A stretch of 56,764 nucleotides of DNA, filler included, from Sphacelaria rigidula (Eukaryota): the NCBI GenBank assembly GCA_964200075.2. It is 7 parts of 7 records of this genome, joined end to end, with 100 filler letters (N's around TTAATTAATTAA, not from the genome) between each part and the next. Parts side by side here need not be neighbours in the genome. Positions count along the whole stretch, not along the records: positions 48,742 to 56,764 come from CAXNAA020012603.1; 6 more parts are not named here. One strand, given 5' to 3'. A program made the translations under genes and the position numbers. Under the pieces are notes generated by a model. It was not told the DNA's origin, did not search any database, and saw nothing but the letters and a program-made list of their open reading frames with translations. Shown piece after piece: positions 48,742-56,764 of the stretch. Position 1 is the stretch's first letter. Each line of letters starts with the position of its first letter.

Positions 48742-50041
48742 CGAAGCGGCCCGCCATGCTGCACCGCCTGCTCGTCACATTGCCCATGCCCGCTTGGGCG
48801 TGTGCGGCGCAGAACTCCGCCTTCCTGCTACCGGCTGCGCCGAACGATGGTCTTGTGAAGCAGCCCGCCTTGCTGCACCGCTGGCTCGTCACATTGACCA
48901 TGCCCGCTCGGGCGTGTGCGGCGCAGACCTCCGCCTTCCTGCTACCGGCTGCACCGAACGATGGTCGTGTGAAGCAGCCTTTCTCGCTGCACCGCTTGCT
49001 CCTCACATCGACCATGCCCGCTCTGGCGTGTCCGGCGCAGAACTCCGCCTTCCTGCTACCGGCTGCACCGAACGATGGTATAGTGGTGCAGCCCGCCTTG
49101 CTGCACCGCTTGTTCCTCACACTGACCATGCCCGCGCTGGCGTGTGCGGCGCAAACCTCCGCGTTCCCGCTACCGGCTGCACTGAACGATGGTATAGTGG
49201 AGCAGCCCTTCTCGCTGCACTGCTTGCTTTTCACATCGACCATGCCCGCTATGGCGTGTGCGGCGCAGAACTCCGCATCCCTGCTACCGGCTGCGCCGAA
49301 CGATGGCATAGTGGAGCAGCCCGCCTTGATGCACCGCCTGTTCCTCACACCGACCATGCCCGCTCGGGCGTGTGCGGCGCAGAACTCCGCCTTCCTGCTA
49401 CCGGCTGCGCCGAACGATGGTATAGTGGAGCAGCCCGCCTTGCTGCACCGCTTGCTCGTCACATTGACCATGCCCGCGCTGGCGTGTGCGGCGCAGACCT
49501 TCGCCTTCCTGCTACCGGCTGCGCCGAACGATGGTATAGTGGAGCAGCCCTTCTCGCTGCACTGCTTGCTTTTCACATCGACCATGCCCGCTCGGGCGTG
49601 TGCGGCGCAGAACTCTGCCTTCCTGCTACCGGCTACACCGAACGATGGTCTTGTGGTGCAGCTCGCCTTGCTGCACCGCTCGTTCCTCACACTGACCATG
49701 CCCGCTCGGGCGTGTGCGGCGCAGAACTCCGCCTTCCTGCTACCGGCTGCACCGAACGATGGGTATGTGGAGCAGCCCTTCTCGCTGCACCGCTTGCTCC
49801 GCACATCGACCATGCCCGCTCGGGCGTGTGCGGCGCAGAACTCCGCCTTCCTGCTACCGGCTGCACCGAACGATGGTGTTGTGGAGCAGCCCTCCTTGCT
49901 GCACCGCTTGCTCCTGACATCGACCATGCTCGCTCGGGCGTGTGCGGCGCAAAGCTCCGCCTTCCTGCTACCGGCTGTACCGAACGATGGGTATGTGGAG
50001 CAGCCCGCCTCGCTGCGCCGCTCGCTCCTCACATCGACCAT
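48742..50041 (-). CDS. EsV-1-7 cysteine-rich repeat protein, 3'-truncated by contig end (11 full 38-aa units plus a partial one)
   Basis: Open frame from ATG 50041 made of very homogeneous 114-nt units, consensus MVDVRSKRCSKAGCSTIPSFGAAGSRKAEFCAAHARAG. One more unit (CIHTSCTTRASYGIAGSRKAELCAAHA) lies in frame upstream of a TAA at 50048-50050. Confidence 0.9.
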
Positions 50042-53000
50042 GCCCGCTTAGGCGTGTGCGGCGCAAAGCTCCGCCTTCCTGCTACCCGCTATGCCATATG
50101 ATGCTCTCGTGGTGCAACTCGTGTGGATGCACAAGCTAGGCGTCCCGTGCACGACTGCACTAAAGAAGGTACAAAGTCGCGGTCGTTCCGCTGGTGCTTC
50201 TGCTGCTGCGATCCGCACCGTCACAAACCCCTTCACGAAGATCAGTTGACCAGTCCAGCAGCACCCTGCATCAACCAGGGAAGGTAAGATTAGGTCGTGC
50301 CCATGTGGAGGGCAGGTGAACCTTATAATAGTATCTCGGTCGCTTGTGGGTACGTCGGCCAGAGTAAAGTGACACATCAGCCGTGGAGTTAGCAGGCAAC
50401 AGAGAGAGAGCTGATACAGCAGGGTCATCACAGGGAGGGGGGGAGGGGGAGGGCTCTCAACATGAAGCGTTGTCTCTCACGTGTTTTCGCAGCGTGGCGG
50501 CACGGCTCAAGCGAAGGAGGGGGTGTCGAGGTCCGAAGATGCACAGAAATCTACAGGGTCGAGGTCGCTTGTATGGCTTCTCCACCAATCCGATTTGCAT
50601 GACACAGGACGGGCATGCAATCATTCTGTTTTGTGCATCTCGAATCGGGGGTTCCCCGCTAGAGTAACCATCAGTTCATGTGAGTGATATTCCTCAGCAA
50701 ATAAACGATTGATGCCGAAAGCCTGCACCAGGAGCATGGTGATGTGGAGGGGGGGAGCGCACGCCGATCCGTCACGTTTACAGCGTATTGTCATGTGCTT
50801 TCGGGAGACACCAACTCTTCCCGTGTGGGTACGCAACGGGTGCTCTAGCAAAGTGTGAGTTGGCCAACTTGGACAGAAACGCCTTCTGCTCACGCTACGG
50901 TAGAAGCACGTGGGACTATCGGCCCTACTGAAGATCTAGATCAGTGTACAGAGTAAAATCCAGCAATGATATTTCGTGGAAGTTTTCACACGTCAAACAA
51001 ATCATGATCTGTCTGAAACAACTGATCGAAAAAGACTCTCGAACCCATTGGTCCGAAACCACAGAATTTGTAGCCGTGGAGTTAGAAAAAGCAAGGCGCA
51101 ACCGTAGCGCTACTCGCCGTGGTCGGCGTCCGGCGCTGCAAGGAGCAACTATGGAGAAGGGGGAGCAAATGATGCGGATCATGATTCGGATCAATAAACT
51201 AAGAAGGGGGAAATTCAGATGGATCGTGTTCTGTCCGACGAGGAAAGGTTTGTCCGATCAAGTGAGAGTGGTATGTCACACCTTGGACAAAAAAATAGCA
51301 TAGAAAAATGTGCTTTGTAGAATTTTCAATTATACCCCTATTGCGAAATATCTTCAAAAGGTAGCTACTAAACCTTATCGGTTATTATGTACCCCGCACC
51401 CGTGCCGTCTAATACGAAATTGGAAGTATTGCGAAAAACCAAGGGTACGATTTCAGTGACAGCACCACCACCACGCTATCTATGCCTGATATTATGGTAA
51501 CATTCACCCACTTTCAGACCGAGACAAAAATGCGTGTGACAACGTGTAAAACGCACACAAGTGAGGTGTCGGAGTGTTTCAAGTTGCCGGGCAGACGTAC
51601 GTGCAGTAGGCTCGGGGATGGTACCATAGGAAGAGGTGGGGGTGAGCTCCGGCCTCACGAACGACCTAAAGGACGTCTTCCTGGCTGGTTGTCAATGCAA
51701 AAAAATGGCACACGTGATCATACACAATCACCCCTATTCGGAAGTCTGAGGAGAGTGCAGTCATTCCAGCATACCTCGTCAGTCACGGTCAGTACTACAC
51801 CAGAATCATACACAGTGTTGTTCCGTTGTCAGTAGTGTAGAGGCGGTATTTCGGAAGGTACGGCGTTCAAGCACAGCGCATTTGGCGTCTGATGACACTG
51901 AAACTCCACGTATGTATAGGTTGAGGCCGCAGGTAGCTTTGCCTGAGCAATATCAGCGGCTCAAGGCTGTTCGTACGCCGCGTGCGTGGGTTGAAACGAT
52001 CATTATCCACCATGCTGCCTCAACGCTTGGAATACTTCTCGCTTTTGAACGACGATTATGAAGGGCACGATATCGATGCGGAGGCAGCGGCCAGCCTAGT
52101 TGTTCAGGTTGGATCACATGTCGGTTGACCTACGCTCGCGGAAACACAGATGACAACCACCTGTCAGGCTTCGTCATATCGTCCAGGCTGCTTGCCCTAA
52201 TTCTTACACCCCGTCTCGGGCAATATGTGGCCGTACAGCCGAGTCGAAAAGAACAGTGTCTTACGCTAAGGACCATCACGAAGCCGTTCGGGAGGGGGAC
52301 AACGTCCTCTTCCAGACAGTACCAGGGATTGAAAAGGTGGCATCACGACAGACTGACCACCACGGGGGCGATTGCTGATGTATTTTAGTCCGGAGGATCA
52401 TAGTCAAGTTGCGAAGTTTGTTGGGCAGGCTCGCACGTGGATATATTTTGAGCCTTTTCGACATGCACCTAGTGGACCTTTTTGTGGAGTTTTCCCCATT
52501 TGATTCGCTCTCAAAGTGGGATCGAAAGCACTCGTCAGTTTTCATTGATCAATAGCGGAAATTCCAACGCTGCCGAGGTGCGGTTCACGTCGTACAGTCA
52601 GTCCAGCCCTGCCGGCTCGCAGTAAACAGTGTCAATTTCGTCAAATTCCGGGTGGGGTGATGAATTTCTCCGATATCAGGCGCTTACTCCGTACATCGTA
52701 AGATACACCCCTTGCTATCCGAGCGTCGTAGCCACCGGTCGTGTCTGTAGCTCCAGCTTTCCGTGCTGATGTGGACACCTCTCTTCCGAAGATGCGAGTC
52801 CCTTTCATCTCGAGACATTTCACGCTGAAAACATGCCCGTTTCAATGGAACCTGCACACTGCAGTAGAAGAAACAATTCCTGAAACGTCTCGTTGCGAAG
52901 GGACAGCTGTGTACAGCACAGAGAGGTAGCAAGGCGCAGCGCAGCACAGCGTCGCACCACACCGAAGCGCACCATGCAGTATCCATACGCCCATCTGAAG

Positions 53001-54916
53001 CTATTCCTTCACCGATAAACGTATCTCCCAGCTCGAAGTCAAGGCAACAACCACGTGTCTTGGGGGTTGATGACCAAAAACGGGCCGACGGTACAGCACA
53101 CTATAGTGTATGTGCGGCAGATGTATCATCGGAAGCCAGGTGCACACTAACTAACCTTGTGACCAGTAGTTGCGGGCGGCCTTTGCTCCTAGTCGTCTTG
53201 CTACCGGCAGCACAAATGGCAGCTTCTGTCATATCTGGGCGTTGCAGTCGTCGCGCACGCTCAGTTCATGTGATCTCTCAGCTGCTTGTCAGTATTGCTA
53301 CACTGACTTTTGGTTGTGTCTACGGAGGGGTAGCCCGCTTTGCCGCTTTGCGGGGGGTTTCCGCAGTTTGTATTCATCTGAAAATCAAAAGTTACTATCA
53401 ATCGCCCATGCGATTTCGAAGTGTTTTGTGGATAAACATCAAGTGTGATAAACCCCAGAAAGCACCCAAACCCCGATACAAGACTCGTGTCTTGTTTGCA
53501 CGCTCTGGGTTATGACAATGGATTGCATTTTCGAAACGTGTACTGCGTACAGTATGGAATCTATTTTCTATCGCAGTAGACGCAACAATCGATTCGGTAC
53601 GCAGCACACGTTTTGATTGATACTATTTCGTGTAGAGTATGCTTGTTTGCCTCTCTGTGTTGATACTTGATCATTATATGGGGCATGGTCTCCCCGAGGC
53701 AGGCTGGGGCCGTATAAACTAGAAACAAACTGCCTGTTTGTGGTCACTGGCCGATATATTGCTCCACCCTCCACCTACGTGCTTGGTCTAGCACCACCGG
53801 GAGATTGGAAAAAGCACAACATCAACCCTATCTTCACGTAGTACCAACACGGCGTGGGGCGCAAGAGTTAGGTGGGTGTTGATCCCCTCATCGCCCGCGA
53901 ACCACTGACTGGTAGTGTTGCATCTACCGTTCGATTGTTGGTACGGTAGTAAGCTTTTCACCGCCGCTGTGTTTTCCAACGTGCACTCCTCCATTCATGT
54001 AGGTACCACCCTACCGCGGCATCCAACCACCACGGCAATGCACGGTGAGATCTTGATGACAACTCGAACGCGAGCTTGGCCTACTGAACACGGGCAGTCC
54101 CTCGTAGCCGAAAAAAAAAGGACGACAAACGAAATCCCGAGCTACACCCAGTACTATCAAGCATTTGTTCAGTGACCAGAAACCGTTAAAAACATGGTCA
54201 TTCTCTTCAAGACAGAATATTGAAGTTCTTTCTGACCCCCGGTCGCTTGTGTTTTCGTACAGTGCGCATTATAGTGCATTCATCCTTTAGTACGCGCGTG
54301 TCTACCTACTAAAAAGCTTGAGGGTCCTGAAATGGTGGAAAACGTCATCCAGGAGGAAAGTATGTACATCTAAGAAAAACTCGGAAGTGATCTGGTGGTC
54401 ATTGAAAGTTCGGCCTGTTCACCAGAGATTGCAGGCGTTTACCTCTGTCCCACTGAGGGCACCTGATGTTGACTGACTTTGAAAATTCATTCATTGCTTT
54501 CCTGTACAGCAGTTCGGCGATGACAAACCACGTGACTACCGGTATTGCGCGGGTATTGTCTGGACGGGAACGGGAGCATATGATTTTCTTGGTAACGGTT
54601 TGGACTGGAACCGGAGCACGTTTTTCGCTTGGTAACGGTTTGAATGAAAGCGGTATTTGTCATCCGTCATTGTAACCTTCTCTGTACCAACTGCTGCGGT
54701 TTTGCCGAGGTATAAACCACGTGGGAAAAATAGCGAAGTGAGCCCTGGTAATTTCGCAATTTCGCATATGGTGACGAATGTTGTGGGAATTTAGGCTGTA
54801 CTCTGCAGACATGACCCCGATTTATTCTGGCGGAACTTCAACGCGCAGCCAACGTGGTCGATCCTGCAAAAGATTGAAATGTACGGCATACAAGAAGGAG
54901 AGAATGAAGAGCTTTT

Positions 54917-55188
54917 CACAGGCACCGTAGGTAAGGTACCGTACCGAGCGTACCCCTGGTCTTTACCAGGGTATCCCATACCGTGGTATGCGTAGGTATC
55001 GTAGGTATGAGTTTGAAAATACCGGATTGGCCGGGTACGGTGGGTACTGAAATCTCGAAATACCGTGGTATCGTAGGTATCGTAGGTACTGTATGACATC
55101 TGAAAATACCGGATTGGGTCGGTATCGGTAGGGTATGACATGTCCCAAATACCGGTACCGGATACCTACCTTACCTACGGTTCCTATG
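54917..55188. mobile_element. hAT-type MITE, copy 2 (272 bp)
   Basis: Same TIRs (right TIR has two substitutions). Perfect 8-bp TSD GAGCTTTT. One internal module fewer than copy 1. Confidence 0.93.
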
Positions 55189-55274
55189 GAGCTTTTATAG
55201 CTGAGATTGTTGAAGTATAGTCGATGCGGTGCGGGAGTGTTTGATCATAATCCAATCCGCGATACAACAATGTA

Positions 55275-55350
55275 AGACACGTACCGAGAGAGAGAGAAGG
55301 ATGGGTTGATCCCTCGGGAACACGGACTCGTCCCGGGGAAGGAGAGGACT
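55275..55350 (+). repeat. Fragment of the putative SINE body
   Basis: GTACCGAGAGAG...ATGGGTTGATCCCTCGGGAACACGGACTCGTCCCGGGGAAGG is the reverse complement of the block at about 5105-5165. Confidence 0.6.
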
Positions 55351-55454
55351 TGGAAGCTAGAATAACACAATCGTAGTTGACAGTTCGAAGTCAAATGAAA
55401 TGGCGTCGAACGAGAGACGGCAAAGTGTGTTGCTGCTCTGGTGTACCTCCTCAC

Positions 55455-56161
55455 CGTAGGATAAATACGTCAAGAAAGTATGGAAACAGATACGAGGAAA
55501 TCAACACGAAATACTGTCCATAGATGAAGGCACGGGGTACGAGACGAAAGTAGCAGATATGACGGAAATAAGGGGGAAAGGAGCGCTCAGACGCAAAGTA
55601 GACGAGGAAGAACACCTGGAGATATACGGGGGGTCAAGGGAGGGGATAGGGATGAAAGCACATTTGCATGGCCCAATGGTCGCTGCGAAAAATCTGAAAC
55701 TGCGATTTCGGGTGGGGGACCTGGACCTGCCAGAAAGAAGAAAGAGATATACCAGTAGTCAAAAAGAGGGAATTGAAGGACAGAATTGCCCCTGGGGCAA
55801 AGCAATAGAGAGCAGAAGTCATATAGTGGCAGAACGTGAACTATACAAGGCGGAGTGGAACGTGCTCGAGGGGGATATGCGGGACGTGAACGAACATGGC
55901 ATGGAATCGTTTGATGCAGTAGACAGTAGTGAGAAAACGATGCCTATACTAGGAGACACATGGTGGCCCCAGACAGCAAAACACGACGGGGATACGATAT
56001 GTAAATGGTTTTTGCTCATTGCATGGAAGAAACGTAATGACCGTCGGAATGTTCAAGGTGACTCCAATAGAAGTAGGAACGGTGCTCCGTCTCGGAAGGG
56101 ATTCGTGGTCAATGGTCAAACGACCAAGGCAACCAAAACATGAGTACGCCTACCCCTCCCC
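55455..56161 (+). mobile_element. Longest 5'-truncated copy of the C-tract-associated LINE; encodes a C-terminal Cys/His region
   Basis: ORF 55559-56143 (LKLRFRVGDLDLPERRKRY…CPWGKAIESRSHIVAE) resembles the decayed C-terminal zinc-finger region of LINE ORF2. It ends ATGAGTACGCCTACCCCTCCCC. The 5' boundary is approximate. Confidence 0.75.
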
Positions 56162-56764
56162 GCCCGTGCAGTGGCCAACTCCATGGTGTTGCGAGAGACT
56201 GCCGCTGTCGTGCTTCTATGCTTTTCATCTCACCAAGGAAACGCATACACCGTTCGAATCATTAGCGTTCCAGCGCTTTTGACCTCTTTTGTTATGAATT
56301 CAAAATTCGTTTTGGAGGCATCTCATATCCTTTCTCAGATGTAACTGTCAAAACCTGTCCCTCCAGTCGCCACGTTACAGTTGTCTTGGAGGTATCCGTT
56401 AGCGTGAGCACATGCAACACTACGTCAACTTTCCAATCTCAGATTCATTCTCTATTCGGTATACATTAATTTGTAGCGTTACAACTCTACTCGCTCAATG
56501 TTGGATCGCCCCACCTCACTCCATGAAACCCTTCGAACTCGCAAGGCCGGCGGATAGGGAAACGATGATAATCCTCGCGGCACTACGGGACTGTACTCCA
56601 GACGTGCAGCGGTTTCACAATCGTACTCCTCACTCTTACATCAGACTCTGACTGGCTGTTCAGGCCGGCGTTCCGTACGTGTACCAATGCGTCTGCTCTC
56701 AGCGCATTAGCTGCTAGTCGCTTCGATGTTCGGAATCACAGGCAAAGGCATCCGAAGCACTGAC

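Noticed and set aside
48756-50101. Long plus-strand ORFs (431 and 435 aa), and similar ones at 12183-14546
   Set aside because: Antisense shadows of the GC-rich 114-bp repeat. A stop-free unit repeated in tandem stays open in other frames. The minus frame carries the recognisable Cys/His motif.

Overview
Eukaryotic, repeat-rich genomic DNA, most likely from a brown alga (Phaeophyceae); this is inferred from two EsV-1-7 cysteine-repeat arrays and from isolated exons with GT-AG boundaries. The window is not contiguous. It is seven unrelated contigs of 8023-8024 bp joined by an artificial 100-nt spacer (44 N + TTAATTAATTAA + 44 N), so nothing can be inferred across the spacers. Host coding content: two long tandem arrays of 38-aa C-x4-C-x16-C-x2-H (EsV-1-7) repeats, each interrupted by an in-frame stop; one class-IV aminotransferase exon; one glyoxalase II-like exon. 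The rest is mobile and repetitive DNA. It includes an internally deleted Ty3/Gypsy chromovirus with both LTRs and a TSD, and a decayed RTE-like LINE. It also has five 3' ends of a LINE associated with poly(C)/poly(G) tracts, hAT-, piggyBac- and TA-TSD non-autonomous elements, a putative tRNA-type SINE, foldbacks, and a loop-less 88-bp palindrome family. The most interesting leads are the TALE-like modular variation in the EsV-1-7 arrays, the palindrome family whose two arms change in concert, and the C-tract-associated retroelement.
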